Origin: Anaerolineales bacterium | GTDB lineage: Bacteria > Chloroflexota > Anaerolineae > Anaerolineales > Villigracilaceae | DNA: 64,000 bases | Assembly (NCBI GenBank): GCA_016744335.1 | Contig: JADGEO010000008.1 | Location: 15,736-79,735 of the forward strand | Reading direction: 5' to 3' | Shown: one piece after another, positions 24,844 to 35,594 of the stretch | Numbering within the stretch: position 1 is the first letter of the stretch | Layout: each line of letters begins with the position of its first letter | Notes under the pieces: generated by a model | Told to the model about the DNA's origin: nothing | What the model saw: only the letters and a program-made list of their open reading frames with translations | Database searches by the model: none | Translations under genes and position numbers: made by a program

Positions 24844-27800
24844 TTACAGATGTTTTTCTATGATGCTGAGAAGTTCATCGAGAATAACGGGTTTGCTCAT
24901 ATAATCGTCCATGCCTGCTTCGAGACATTTTTGGTGATCTTCGGGCATGGCGAGGGCCGTTAAGCCAATGATGGGGATTTTCTTGAGTTCTGGTTCAGCT
25001 TTTATTTTTTTTGTTGCCTCAAATCCATCCATTAAAGGCATCATTACATCCATGAGAATTAAGTTAGGTTGATGTTTTTTGCTTTTTGAAATGCTTTCGA
25101 TACCGTTTTTTGCACAGAATACTTGGTATTTGTTTTTTTCGAGAAAGTCTTTAATCATCATGGTAAGTGCTTCTGTATCTTCAACAAGTAATATGCTTTT
25201 ACCTATGCCCGAAACTTGCTTTTCTTTTTCTTTATTGTCCTTTGCAAGGTAGGGGAGTTTGTCGGTGTCTTTTACTCGTTTTGATGGCAGATGGATGGTG
25301 AAGGCACTTCCTTGTGTTGGGGTGCTTTCTATTCTTATATGGCCATTGTGTAAATCTACTAATTGTTTTACGAGGGCTAGTCCTAAGCCTGTGCCAACCT
25401 CTTTGCGTGCTAAGCCAGAATCTATTTGTACAAAGGGAGTGAATATCTGTGCTTGGTCTTTTTTTTCAATGCCTATGCCTTCATCCCAAATTTTGATTCG
25501 AATGAGATCTTTTTTGTGTTCTGCGTCAACTTTTACGCCTAAATTGCCGCCTTGGGGAGTGAATTTAATAGCATTGCTTAATAAATTAACTATTATCTGT
25601 TTTAGGCGGCGTTCGTCTGCCCAGATATTGTTAATATTTTCATCAAATTCGTAAATTATCTTTTGGTTTTTCTTTTGCGATTGTTGTTTAAGCATTCTTA
25701 TGCTGGCTTCACATATTTTCTGAAGGCTTACTTTTTCTATATGTAATAAAACTTCTCCTGATTCTATTTTAGCAAGATCAAGAATATCATTAATAAGCGA
25801 GAGCAGGTGATGCCCGCTCTCGTTGACGGTTTTTAGATATTTGCCTTGTTTTTTATTAATGGGTCCTGCTGTTTCTTCTATTAGACTTTCAGATAATCCC
25901 ATAATGGCGTTTAGTGGAGTGCGGAGTTCGTGGCTCATATTGGCGAGAAATTCGTCTTTTATACGTAAGGCGTGCGCCAACTTTGTATTTGCCAAATGCA
26001 GGATTTTTTCGGCTTCTTTGGCGGCAGTAATATCCATATCTATACCAACTAGCTTCTTGCACTGTTCTTTTTCATCAAAAAGCATGATTGCGTGTGTTGC
26101 AATCTGGCGGGAGGAATTATCTGCTCTGGTGATGCCGTATTCTATTTTCATTTCATAGGGAATTTCATTTTGAAAAAGCTGTGTACGATTTTTTATTATC
26201 TTCTCTCTGTCTTCAGGGGAGAGAAATTTGAGCCAATTAGAAAAAGAAGGTTGGTATTTATTGGGAGATGTCCCATAAATTTCGTACATTTGTTTATCCC
26301 AAAACTGAGTATCTGTGTTTTCCATGCTTTCCCAGATACCAAAGCCTGCCGCTGAGGTTGCCAGCTCCAGTCTTCGGCGGGCTGATTCTATCTCATCGGT
26401 ACGAAGAAGAACGCGTTCTTCTAATTCGAGGTTAAGTTTGCTCAAATTCTTTTCAGCCAGTAGACGTTCGTTTAGCTCCTGTTGAATTTCAAGATAGAGT
26501 TTTGCGTTTTCAAGAGAAATAGCCGCTTGGTTTGCTAGAGTAAATAGCAGGCGTTTATCATTAGTAGAAAAAGCATTTTTCTTTTTACTTTCTACTGCAA
26601 TTGAGCCTATTGCTTCATCGCCCACCATCATTGGTGCGTAGAGACCTGATTTTATATCTGCATAAGAGGCTATATAACGCTTATCTTTAGATAAATCGCT
26701 AATACAAAGACTTTTTTTATGCTTAATCACCCAACCGCTCAATCCTTGTTTAGAGGAGGAAATCATTTTATTTAGATGAGCTATTTGCTCTTGATTTTCT
26801 GTTTTCTTAATACCAATCATATTGAACCCCAGCAGTTCTACTTGATCACTTTTTGAATGGTATAAACGAATGGCAACGTGATGCCATTTTAGTTTTTTTT
26901 CAAGGACTTCAATGACTTTTTGTGCTATTTCTTTTTGCTCTAATAAACCGCTAATTGCAAGGCCATTTTCATAAAGAACTTCTAACTCTGATAAATGGCG
27001 TTGGATATTGTTTTCAGCTTTTTTACGTTCGGTGATATCCTCTGCAGAACAGACCACAAATTTAACATTGCCTTCTTGATCTAACTCGGGTGTTTTTAAA
27101 ATAGAAAGCAAGCGTTGTTCGCCAGAAGTATTCGGGACCCAGATTTCACTTTTATGTTTCTGACGAGTTTGGAAAACCTTGCGGTTATTTTTTACCTTTG
27201 TTTTTGCAGCCTCTTTAGGAAAAAGAGTAAAGATATTGCTATGAGCTAACTTTTCAACTGCTATACCACAAAAATCGGCATGTGTCCGATTTACTACGCC
27301 GTAAGTACATTCGTCTTTAAGGTACCAGACTTGTATTTGGATATGATCTAATAAGATTCTTTGATTTTCTCTTACTAAGCGAATTTTTTCTTGCATCTGT
27401 TTTCGTTCACTTAATTCATATTCTATGGTTTGATAAAGGCGAGCATTTTCAAGTGATTGTGTAGCGGCGGCAACAGCATTGACGGCTAAGGCTACCTCCT
27501 CCTCGCTGAATTCACGTTTCTCTATCGCATCTAACCCTAGAGTACCCACCACCTCACCACGCTCTATTAAGGGTAGAATTAGCATCGAAACAGTGCCCCG
27601 TTGCCGAAAAGCCTCATAAAAGAATGAGAAACGCGAATCATTCTGGATATCGGTTATAGCCAAAGGGACTTTGTGTTCTATAATATATTGCAGAATAGGA
27701 TTGCCCTCAACAGGCATCACTATATCTATCGCACTGAAACAACCTTCGGCTAGATATTCTGCTACAACAACAGAGCTAGTGTGCGTTTTGTTCAGTAAGG

Positions 27801-29118
27801 CTGCGGCGGCTTGTGGCACATCTAAAGCTAGAGCCAGCGCACGGCAGATAGTTTCCAGTACATCTTCTCTGTTGAGACTTGTACTCGTGGTGGCAATGAT
27901 TCTGTTGTAGAGGGTCAGTTCGCTATGTTTACGCTGTAGTGCTTTAGCCGCCTGGACGCGCTTGGTGATGTCCAAAACAATAGCGGCAAATAGAGTTTCC
28001 TCTTCGTGCTCCAGAAGCTGTAAATGCACTTCCACATCATAAAGTGATCCATCTTTTCGTTGGTAGAGGGTCTCAAAAATAATTTTTTCTTTTTCTCTAT
28101 TAAGCAAAGATGCTACAAGGGTTGCAAAGGATTCGTCTGTAAATTGGGGCTTAATATCAAGAGGGGTTAGGTGTCGGAATTCCTCCATCGTATATCCTAA
28201 ATTCTGTTGAGCAGCATCATTTACTTGAATGAATTTCAAAGTATCTGCTTTGAATAAGAAGATTTCATTAAGTGAGTCTTCGAAGATGCGGCTAAGTTGG
28301 GCGATATTTTTTTGTGCTTTTTTGCGCTCGGTGACATCGGAGGCAATCATGCCAAGCCCGCTACCCACTTTAAAAACCTTCCACGTTAGGTATATATCAT
28401 CTCCTGATTTGGGATGAGGAACCCTCTCTTCTATGATAAGGGGCTTTCCTGTCTCAAGGACCTTTATATACGCGTCATATCTATTTGTCTTCTTGATATT
28501 GGGCGAGAGTTCCAGCATGTTTTTTCCCAACACGTCTTCTCTATTAACCGCCAATAACCCTAAGCTCACCGGATTGATCTCTATCAGGTTGAATTCAGCA
28601 TCCCAAAGGGTGAAAGAGTCGGTTGCTGACTCTATGAACTCGCTTAATCTTTCTTCGCTTTCCCGCAATGCCTGAGTACGCTCGTCAACAAGCTGTTCCA
28701 GATTTTTCTGATAGCGCAGATTTTCCTCTGCTAAGCGGCGGCGTTCGTCATCAAGAGTTTTGACTTTTGCCGCGTTGGCGACTGTTCTGATGAGTTTCCC
28801 CTTGCTGATGAGCTTGGTCAGGTAGTCGAAAGCATCGGCACGCACCGCTTTCGAGGCGGTTTCAACTGTCGGTTCTCCCGTCATCAAGATCACTTGCACG
28901 CGCGGTGCGCTCTCCCGGATGGCTTCGAGCAATTTAACCCCCGTTATACGCGGCATGACGATGTCTGTCACTACCACGTCGAAATCCTCCGTTGCAAGCA
29001 TCTTCATTGCCTGGTCGGCATCTTCGGCTACCTCAACTTCATAATTGTCATTTCTGAGGAATTCACTCAAGGTGATGCGAATGCTAAGTTCGTCGTCAAC
29101 AATCAATATATGTGCCAT
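24844..29118 (-). CDS. 1424-aa hybrid sensor kinase (NtrC-like REC - PAS x2 - GAF - PAS - GAF - PAS - HisKA - HATPase - REC)
   Basis: The N-terminal REC has LIVDDELSIR...TDIVMPRITG. Multiple DITERK-terminated PAS units and two GAF-like regions follow. The H-box is SHELRTPLNA, the G-box is GTGLGLALV, and the C-terminal REC has LVEDTEA..LMDVMMPLMDG. Confidence 0.9.
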   Translation of the reverse strand: MAHILIVDDELSIRITLSEFLRNDNYEVEVAEDADQAMKMLATEDFDVVVTDIVMPRITGVKLLEAIRESAPRVQVILMTGEPTVETASKAVRADAFDYLTKLISKGKLIRTVANAAKVKTLDDERRRLAEENLRYQKNLEQLVDERTQALRESEERLSEFIESATDSFTLWDAEFNLIEINPVSLGLLAVNREDVLGKNMLELSPNIKKTNRYDAYIKVLETGKPLIIEERVPHPKSGDDIYLTWKVFKVGSGLGMIASDVTERKKAQKNIAQLSRIFEDSLNEIFLFKADTLKFIQVNDAAQQNLGYTMEEFRHLTPLDIKPQFTDESFATLVASLLNREKEKIIFETLYQRKDGSLYDVEVHLQLLEHEEETLFAAIVLDITKRVQAAKALQRKHSELTLYNRIIATTSTSLNREDVLETICRALALALDVPQAAAALLNKTHTSSVVVAEYLAEGCFSAIDIVMPVEGNPILQYIIEHKVPLAITDIQNDSRFSFFYEAFRQRGTVSMLILPLIERGEVVGTLGLDAIEKREFSEEEVALAVNAVAAATQSLENARLYQTIEYELSERKQMQEKIRLVRENQRILLDHIQIQVWYLKDECTYGVVNRTHADFCGIAVEKLAHSNIFTLFPKEAAKTKVKNNRKVFQTRQKHKSEIWVPNTSGEQRLLSILKTPELDQEGNVKFVVCSAEDITERKKAENNIQRHLSELEVLYENGLAISGLLEQKEIAQKVIEVLEKKLKWHHVAIRLYHSKSDQVELLGFNMIGIKKTENQEQIAHLNKMISSSKQGLSGWVIKHKKSLCISDLSKDKRYIASYADIKSGLYAPMMVGDEAIGSIAVESKKKNAFSTNDKRLLFTLANQAAISLENAKLYLEIQQELNERLLAEKNLSKLNLELEERVLLRTDEIESARRRLELATSAAGFGIWESMENTDTQFWDKQMYEIYGTSPNKYQPSFSNWLKFLSPEDREKIIKNRTQLFQNEIPYEMKIEYGITRADNSSRQIATHAIMLFDEKEQCKKLVGIDMDITAAKEAEKILHLANTKLAHALRIKDEFLANMSHELRTPLNAIMGLSESLIEETAGPINKKQGKYLKTVNESGHHLLSLINDILDLAKIESGEVLLHIEKVSLQKICEASIRMLKQQSQKKNQKIIYEFDENINNIWADERRLKQIIVNLLSNAIKFTPQGGNLGVKVDAEHKKDLIRIKIWDEGIGIEKKDQAQIFTPFVQIDSGLARKEVGTGLGLALVKQLVDLHNGHIRIESTPTQGSAFTIHLPSKRVKDTDKLPYLAKDNKEKEKQVSGIGKSILLVEDTEALTMMIKDFLEKNKYQVFCAKNGIESISKSKKHQPNLILMDVMMPLMDGFEATKKIKAEPELKKIPIIGLTALAMPEDHQKCLEAGMDDYMSKPVILDELLSIIEKHL

Positions 29119-29194
29119 ATTTTGAATCCTTTTTCAGTTGCCAGTTTTTGGTATTTCATAGTCAATGTATAACCGCAATATATTATTCCACATT

Positions 29195-29925
29195 TCAGCC
29201 CTTATCTATCGGCAAGTCCAGATAAAAGCGAGTGAATTGATTTTCTTCACTCTCAAAGGTGAGTTTCCCATGATGATCCTGAACAATGCCGAGGCTGATT
29301 GAAAGCCCTAACCCGGTGCCTGTGGTGCGGTCTTTGGTGGTATAGAAGGGATCGAAAATCCGCTCTCTTATTTCAACAGGAATGCCCGCCCCACGATCTT
29401 CTATGGTTGTACGCAACCAATGCTGTCCGTCTTTTTCGAAAGGGCGCACCGTTACCGTACAAATTTTATTAGGATCATATTCCGGATAGTGTTCGTTCAG
29501 TGCGTCACGGGCATTGGTGAGCAAATTCATTATTACCTGTTGGATTTGCTGGTTGCGACACTGGATTTTGGGCAGATTTTCGGGCACATCGACCTCCAAT
29601 GTGATTTGGTCCTGTTTAATGACTGTGCGAATCAACAAAAGTGTGTCGTTCATTATATCGGTCATTCTGGCTGCGCTATGGGATTGCTTTTCCTGTCGGG
29701 AAAAGGTGAGCAGATTATGCACGATTTTTGCTACGCGCTTGGTTTCTTTAATGATTCCAGCGGAAAACTCGCGCAGGCGACTCTCGCCCGGGTCAATGCG
29801 GTCATGGATCAGTTGAGCATAGTTCATGATGCCCATTATGGGGTTGTTGATCTCGTGGGCAACACCGCTGGCTAAGGTTCCAATCGCTTCGAGTTTCTGA
29901 TGCTGGCGGAGGTGGGCTTCAAATT
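29195..29925 (-). repeat. shared HisKA-HATPase transmitter cassette, copy 1 (DNA-level repeat)
   Basis: It aligns with 31681-32425 over its whole length and has 27-45 nt runs of perfect identity, for example TTCACTCTCAAAGGTGAGTTTCCCATGATGATCCTGAACAATGCC. Confidence 0.85.
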
Positions 29926-31603
29926 CTTGTTTGTCTTCTTCTGCTTGTTTACGCTCGGTGATATCTAAGCCAACGGAAAGTAACCCTGTAATACTTCCCT
30001 TTGCGTCTCGGAGTGTGCTGTCACTCCACTCAATTTGACGTTCGTGTCCATCCTTTGTCGTAATCGGGCTAGTATTGTTCTTTGTTGGGGCATCCCCTAT
30101 AGCATTTTTGAACAAGGCGCGAAGCTTTAAATTATCTTGCTCGGGCAAAAAAACGCTAAACCAGGACTGACCCTGAACTTCGGCTAAGGAGTATCCAGAG
30201 AGAGACTCCATATAAGAATTGAAACGCACAATCCTACCCTCCACATCCAGCACCAATATAATGATTTGGGCTGTGTTGAGCAAATTCTCTGCGAAATCCC
30301 GCTCTTTCTGCAACTCTTTCTGCACCCGTGCCCGCTTGGTGATTTCTGCTTCAAGCTTCTCAATGGATGTTGTTGTCTTTTCAAGTCCTTTTGCCATAGC
30401 GTTGAAGGCATTCCCCAAATGTCCGATTTCATCTTTTCGTGAAGTAGTAATCCGAGAGCTTAAATCCCCTTTGGCAACTTCCTCACTTTGTTCAATTAAT
30501 TGTATCAAGGGTTTCACTGTTTGATTGCCAAGGAAGAATGCTGTAAAAGCCAGGAAAAATATGAGTAGAATTCCAGTATAGGAAAGCATTAGCGTTGAGA
30601 CTTTTAGAGAACTTAAAACATTTTCCATTGAATGATAGTTTATGATGTACCAAGATTCACCAATATTACCTTTTTGATGGTCTATTGATTTAAATGTTCC
30701 CCCAAAATCATAACCTTTTATCCCCGAAGTGATCCCGATTTCCGACATACCAATCAACCATTTCTTTTCTGAATCATCAAATACGAAAGACTGATTATTC
30801 CCAAGTTCTAATTTCTCAGATATTACATCGGGGACTCGGTTTTTCAGGGGTTCGGAATTTTCCTCAAAGATAATTTCTCCACCACTGCGAACCAGTTTGA
30901 AATCTCCTACGTATTCATTTTGGGAGCTTAATATCAATTGGCTTATAGCTCCTAGTATGTTTAGATTCACTTTTAAAATACCAATTATTTCATCTCCCTG
31001 TTTAATAGGGACAACCAAACCTAATACATATCCACCAACACTGTCATCATAACCACGGTCATCAAAAAATACAGCTCCTTCACCATTATTAAAAGCTCCT
31101 TGCCACCAATATTTATCATGGTGAGCAAAGGTAGTGAGCTTGGCTGTGGATGCAACAAGAGCACCGTATTTATTGGTTAGGAAAATTTCGCCATATTCTC
31201 CCTCTAAATTATTTTGCTGTTCTTTTAGAAAACGCGCGGTATCATTATCTGTGAATTCAAGAATGAATGCATTATTTTCGTCATTGCTTGCTTGCCATTC
31301 TTCATTTTGGAGTTGAATTTTTTCATTCCTTCTTATTTCAGATAATTGGCTGTAAGAGCGATTGCTTTCTTCCAAAGCCGCTTTTAGGGTGGGCGTGATA
31401 GAAAGTGTTTGGGTGGTTTTAACTTTTTCCAATAGCAACTGTTCTATATTTATAGAAGCTTCAGTTGAAAGAGCTATCGTGTGTTGGAGTTCGCTATTTA
31501 TAGTTGTGTTTTTATTGCCAACATAAACCGTAAACATAGTAACGGAAAGTATTATTAGGCCTAATATGAAAATATTTAATCCTAGTCTAATTGCGTAGCG
31601 CAT
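29195..31603 (-). CDS. sensor histidine kinase A (extracytoplasmic Cache-like domain - HAMP - PAS - shared transmitter cassette)
   Basis: It has an N-terminal TM, a ~300-aa periplasmic region and a second TM. The HAMP region is KGDLSSRITTSRKDEIGHLGNAFN. The PAS unit is followed by the H-box AHEINNPIMGIMNYAQLI and the G-box GTGLGLSISLGIV. Confidence 0.9.
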   Translation of the reverse strand: MRYAIRLGLNIFILGLIILSVTMFTVYVGNKNTTINSELQHTIALSTEASINIEQLLLEKVKTTQTLSITPTLKAALEESNRSYSQLSEIRRNEKIQLQNEEWQASNDENNAFILEFTDNDTARFLKEQQNNLEGEYGEIFLTNKYGALVASTAKLTTFAHHDKYWWQGAFNNGEGAVFFDDRGYDDSVGGYVLGLVVPIKQGDEIIGILKVNLNILGAISQLILSSQNEYVGDFKLVRSGGEIIFEENSEPLKNRVPDVISEKLELGNNQSFVFDDSEKKWLIGMSEIGITSGIKGYDFGGTFKSIDHQKGNIGESWYIINYHSMENVLSSLKVSTLMLSYTGILLIFFLAFTAFFLGNQTVKPLIQLIEQSEEVAKGDLSSRITTSRKDEIGHLGNAFNAMAKGLEKTTTSIEKLEAEITKRARVQKELQKERDFAENLLNTAQIIILVLDVEGRIVRFNSYMESLSGYSLAEVQGQSWFSVFLPEQDNLKLRALFKNAIGDAPTKNNTSPITTKDGHERQIEWSDSTLRDAKGSITGLLSVGLDITERKQAEEDKQEFEAHLRQHQKLEAIGTLASGVAHEINNPIMGIMNYAQLIHDRIDPGESRLREFSAGIIKETKRVAKIVHNLLTFSRQEKQSHSAARMTDIMNDTLLLIRTVIKQDQITLEVDVPENLPKIQCRNQQIQQVIMNLLTNARDALNEHYPEYDPNKICTVTVRPFEKDGQHWLRTTIEDRGAGIPVEIRERIFDPFYTTKDRTTGTGLGLSISLGIVQDHHGKLTFESEENQFTRFYLDLPIDKG

Positions 31604-31680
31604 GCTTAAATCCTTTTATCTGAAAAAAATGTTTGTGTATTGCTACGTTATTATCACTAATAATCAAGGTCATTTTATCC

Positions 31681-32425
31681 TTATCCTTCTACGTCCGAGC
31701 CCTTATCTATGGGTAAGTCGAGATGAAAGCGTGTGAATTGATTTTTTTCACTCTCAAAGGTGAGTTTCCCATGATGATCCTGAACAATGCCAAGGCTGAT
31801 TGAAAGCCCTAACCCGGTGCCTCTGGTGCGGTCTTTGCTGGTGTAAAAGGGATCGAAAATCCGCTCTCTGATTTTAGCCGGGATGCCCATCCCACGATCT
31901 TCGATTGTGGTACGCAACCAGTGTTGCCCGTCTTTTTCGAAAGGGCGCACCGTTAGCGTACAAATTTTATTTGGATCATATTCTGGATAGCGTTCGTTCA
32001 GCGCGTCACGGGCATTGGTGAGCAGATTCATTATTACCTGTTGGATTTGCTGGCTGCGGCACTTGATTGTGGGCAGATTGTCGGGCACATCGACCTCCAA
32101 TGTGATTTGGTCCCGTTTAATGATCGTGCGGATAAGAGAAAGTGTTTTGTCTAAGATATCATCGATTCTGGCTGGTCTGTGGATTTGCCTATCCTGCCGT
32201 GAAAAGGTGAGCAGGTTACGAACGATCTCAGCTACTCGTTCGGTTTCATCGATGATTCCAGCGGAAAACTCGCATAATCGGTCCTCTGCCGGGTCGATAC
32301 GGTCATAAATCAATTGAGCATAATTCATGATGCCAGTAAGCGGGTTGTTAATCTCGTGGGCAACACCGCTGGCTAAGGTTCCAATAGCTTCGAGTTTCTG
32401 ATGCTGGCGGAGTTGGGTTTCGAGA
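31681..32425 (-). repeat. shared transmitter cassette, copy 2
   Basis: See copy 1. This is the closest partner of 29195-29925. Confidence 0.85.
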
Positions 32426-33975
32426 CTTATTCGTTCTTTTTCTGCCTTCACACGGTCAGTAACGTCTGTTCCAATAGCCCACTGCTCCCAGCCAGGAATG
32501 GAAACCTGTTTCGATATATTTGCCCAAGACACCGTTCTTGTACTTCCATCCTTGTGCTTGATATCCCATATATGATCTCTATAATCGACAGTATGTTCAG
32601 AAATTTCTGTCTTCACCTGATTAAGGGTTTCTATATTTGGATACAGAAATTTCATAGCCTTTGGGTTTTCGATGATTTCTTCTGCGCTGTAACCGGTCAC
32701 TAGCTCACACTCCTGATTCCACAGGACAAAATTCCCTTCGGCATTGATAGCGTCTATCATAATGGGAATATTCTGAACCAACAGGCGCAGCCGCTTCTCG
32801 CTCTCCTGCAGTGCCTCCTCCGCCCGCACCCGCTCGGTGATATCGCGGGCAATCCCCAATACACTTTTTTGAATTCCTTCTTCTTTGATTGGAGATATTG
32901 CCAATTCCACAAGAATTGCTTGACCATTTTTGTGGCGCAGGGGCATTTCTCGCACACTATCCTTTGCCCACATTTGCAATTGCTCATCGCTGGGTAGTTT
33001 TTCAGCTTGAAACCTTAGGTCGCTAACCCTCATTTGATGAATCTCTGTCAGTGAGTAGCCAATCATTTCAAGAGCAGCTGGATTTGCGTCTTGATATTCA
33101 CCTTTTAGGTTGATAATAAAAATGGCATCTTGAGAGGCATCAAATAGATCGCGGTAGTGCGTTTCACTTATTGCGGCTGCTACGTTATATTTTTGAGCAA
33201 AATAGACTGCTGAAATCGTGATGAAAGAAAATAGTAAGCCAAAGGTGAGCGTTTTTTTTGTGTCCCCAATTTCAGTATCAAGGAATTCCTCTGTAGGCGC
33301 AAAAGTTAAATCAAGAACGGTTGTGTTTTCAAAAGTTATTATTTTACTGGTAGCAAACCCTTCTTGAGGGGGTTTCCAGTTGGCGCTTTTGAAAATTACG
33401 GTCCCTTCATCTGAAAGTTGGAGCATATAATCATCATTTGTTTCATTCAGCACAGGTGAAATAAATGCATCAATATCGATTGTCCCAATGACATAGCCCG
33501 TAAATTCTTCACCGTCATAGACAGGAACCCATAAATTAACATCTGATGAATCCCCGTTAATTTCACTAGCACTTTGATTTATATAGGGCAGATTATCTTG
33601 AAGTGGCACAATCTGCCGAATATGATAGGTTTCATCAACCCAGGCAATACTTTTTATCCCTGTAAATGCGTCAATATAAAATGCTGCATCTTTTGCCCAT
33701 TCGTCAATGTCTTTTTCATTACGAGGCGCACCTCGTGATACCAATCGCTCAAGTGCTTGATGGATGCTGTTATATCTAATTTCTGTTTCACTGGCGTAAT
33801 GTCTTGCTTTCGATTCTGTGCTTGAAATAATTTGAGCTAGGTTTCTTGATGCTTGTGTTCTCCACAAAAAAACAGAGACAGCGACCAAAGAAAAGCCAAG
33901 TAGAATTAGAAAAGCGCGTGCAGAGAAGAATTTCTTACTTGATTTAACAAACTTGTTTTTGATGTTTTCTATCAA
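31681..33975 (-). CDS. sensor histidine kinase B (extracytoplasmic domain - PAS x2 - shared transmitter cassette)
   Basis: It has two TM segments flanking a ~200-aa outside domain and two PAS units. The transmitter is near-identical to kinase A (AHEINNPLTGIMNYAQLI...GTGLGLSISLGIVQDHHGKLTFESE). Confidence 0.9.
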   Translation of the reverse strand: MIENIKNKFVKSSKKFFSARAFLILLGFSLVAVSVFLWRTQASRNLAQIISSTESKARHYASETEIRYNSIHQALERLVSRGAPRNEKDIDEWAKDAAFYIDAFTGIKSIAWVDETYHIRQIVPLQDNLPYINQSASEINGDSSDVNLWVPVYDGEEFTGYVIGTIDIDAFISPVLNETNDDYMLQLSDEGTVIFKSANWKPPQEGFATSKIITFENTTVLDLTFAPTEEFLDTEIGDTKKTLTFGLLFSFITISAVYFAQKYNVAAAISETHYRDLFDASQDAIFIINLKGEYQDANPAALEMIGYSLTEIHQMRVSDLRFQAEKLPSDEQLQMWAKDSVREMPLRHKNGQAILVELAISPIKEEGIQKSVLGIARDITERVRAEEALQESEKRLRLLVQNIPIMIDAINAEGNFVLWNQECELVTGYSAEEIIENPKAMKFLYPNIETLNQVKTEISEHTVDYRDHIWDIKHKDGSTRTVSWANISKQVSIPGWEQWAIGTDVTDRVKAEKERISLETQLRQHQKLEAIGTLASGVAHEINNPLTGIMNYAQLIYDRIDPAEDRLCEFSAGIIDETERVAEIVRNLLTFSRQDRQIHRPARIDDILDKTLSLIRTIIKRDQITLEVDVPDNLPTIKCRSQQIQQVIMNLLTNARDALNERYPEYDPNKICTLTVRPFEKDGQHWLRTTIEDRGMGIPAKIRERIFDPFYTSKDRTRGTGLGLSISLGIVQDHHGKLTFESEKNQFTRFHLDLPIDKGSDVEG

Positions 33976-34005
33976 TAGCTTTTCCTTCTGACTGTTTCAG
34001 TTATT

Positions 34006-35535
34006 TTATTCTTCCCAGGAAGCATTCCAGATTTCTTCCAAGGTTTTGTATCCTTTTTTCTCTAGCTCCGATATATAGCCGTCCCAATCTTCATCAATGC
34101 TGAGTTCACCTATAATAAATAATTGACCTGTTTCAGCTGTATAAGGGGCGATTTTTTCATCAAGAATGCGGATGGCTTCAATGGCATTAGAATCTAATTC
34201 AAGCTGTGGGGCAAGTTTTGCAGTCTCGCCAGCACTTAGGGACCTATCCAGAAAGGCTACTATTTCAGGTGGTTTTTTATAATCTTCGAACTCTTCATTT
34301 TCAGTCAGATTAAAGAGCGTATTGAGACCATATTCCGCCGTTATGTCAAGCATCCCTTCTGGGTTTTTTGGCGTTTTGATGTTGGGAAGATAAGCTTTTC
34401 CATTGGGAGTGTTTTCAAAAGTTGTACCCTCAATGCCCCAAGTGGTTAAGGTTCTGCCTTCCTCAGAATAAACTGCCCAATCTAAAAAAATGAGCAGGTC
34501 TTCAAAATAGGGTTCATTGATTACCCGAGCAGGCACGACCAATCCTTTTTTGAATGGGTCCACTGCTGGCAGTGCCCTAATACCAATGGTACTTTCGGGC
34601 ACTGGGAGGGCAGCCCACTCTCCATCAGGGAAACCATTTTCTTCCAGTTTTGCATTCCAACCATCAAAACCCGGTGTGATCCACGTAACCGTAACTAAAG
34701 CTCTGCCATCTTGAATCTTATTATAATAATCTTCATTGTTTTGTGTGAAAATGTCTGGGTCGAGAATTTCTGCCTGATAACAACGATTTAGAAAGCGATA
34801 AAGCTCTTTATAGTTTTCAGTTGCAGGAGCAAATTGCCAACGATTTTCTGCCTCATTATAAGATCTGGTACCATCCCACCCTGCCGGGATGTCGTAACCT
34901 GATCCCATCATGGAGAATAAATGTGCTCCTCCCCAAGAAGCGGTGATGGGCGTTGTGTCAGGATAAATTTCTTTTAAATACACTAAGGCATCAAACAGTT
35001 CATCATAAGTATTTGGGATTTCCAGACCGTTTTTTTTGAAAATATCTCGCCGGTAAACCCATTGTTGGACCTGATTTTCTCTTTGATAGCCGGGAAGAAT
35101 ATAATACTTTCCGTTGGCTAATCTCAGTTTATCCAATTCGCTTTCTAGATTATGCTTCTTTATATAGTCCATAAAATTCGGCATGAGGCTTTCGTAATCG
35201 CTAAAAGCTAACAAAGTTCCAGCGGAGGCATAATTTTTGATGGTGTCTGGCCACACTTTTAAAACAATATCCGGAATATTTCCTGATTCGAATGTTTGGG
35301 TTATAGCCGTTCCATAGTCGGCATCATCCCTAAGATGAACGTTCAGGATAACATTCTGGCGATTTTCGTATTCTTCGAGAATTAGCCACTCTGTTTGAAA
35401 AGGAGTATTTTCCTCTTCATTATATAAAACGGAAAAAATAATTGGTTCTGCTGGCTCTTCTGTGGAACTGCATCCCACTATGCCTGTTGACAGGAATGTT
35501 CCTAGCATAATGACAATAACTATCATTTTCTTCAT
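34006..35535 (-). CDS. orphan extracellular solute-binding lipoprotein (ABC family-1, sugar-type)
   Basis: The lipoprotein signal is MKKMIVIVIMLGTFLSTGIVG|C and a GGAGAAAG SD precedes the start. The size and sequence resemble large family-1 SBPs. No permease or ATPase gene lies nearby. The ORF-track start 35598 adds 21 aa before the signal peptide. Confidence 0.75.
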   Translation of the reverse strand: MKKMIVIVIMLGTFLSTGIVGCSSTEEPAEPIIFSVLYNEEENTPFQTEWLILEEYENRQNVILNVHLRDDADYGTAITQTFESGNIPDIVLKVWPDTIKNYASAGTLLAFSDYESLMPNFMDYIKKHNLESELDKLRLANGKYYILPGYQRENQVQQWVYRRDIFKKNGLEIPNTYDELFDALVYLKEIYPDTTPITASWGGAHLFSMMGSGYDIPAGWDGTRSYNEAENRWQFAPATENYKELYRFLNRCYQAEILDPDIFTQNNEDYYNKIQDGRALVTVTWITPGFDGWNAKLEENGFPDGEWAALPVPESTIGIRALPAVDPFKKGLVVPARVINEPYFEDLLIFLDWAVYSEEGRTLTTWGIEGTTFENTPNGKAYLPNIKTPKNPEGMLDITAEYGLNTLFNLTENEEFEDYKKPPEIVAFLDRSLSAGETAKLAPQLELDSNAIEAIRILDEKIAPYTAETGQLFIIGELSIDEDWDGYISELEKKGYKTLEEIWNASWEE

Positions 35536-35594
35536 GGTGCTTTCTCCGTATAAGTTATAAAAGTAAAAACCGTTCATCCTCGCCTCTTTTTTGT

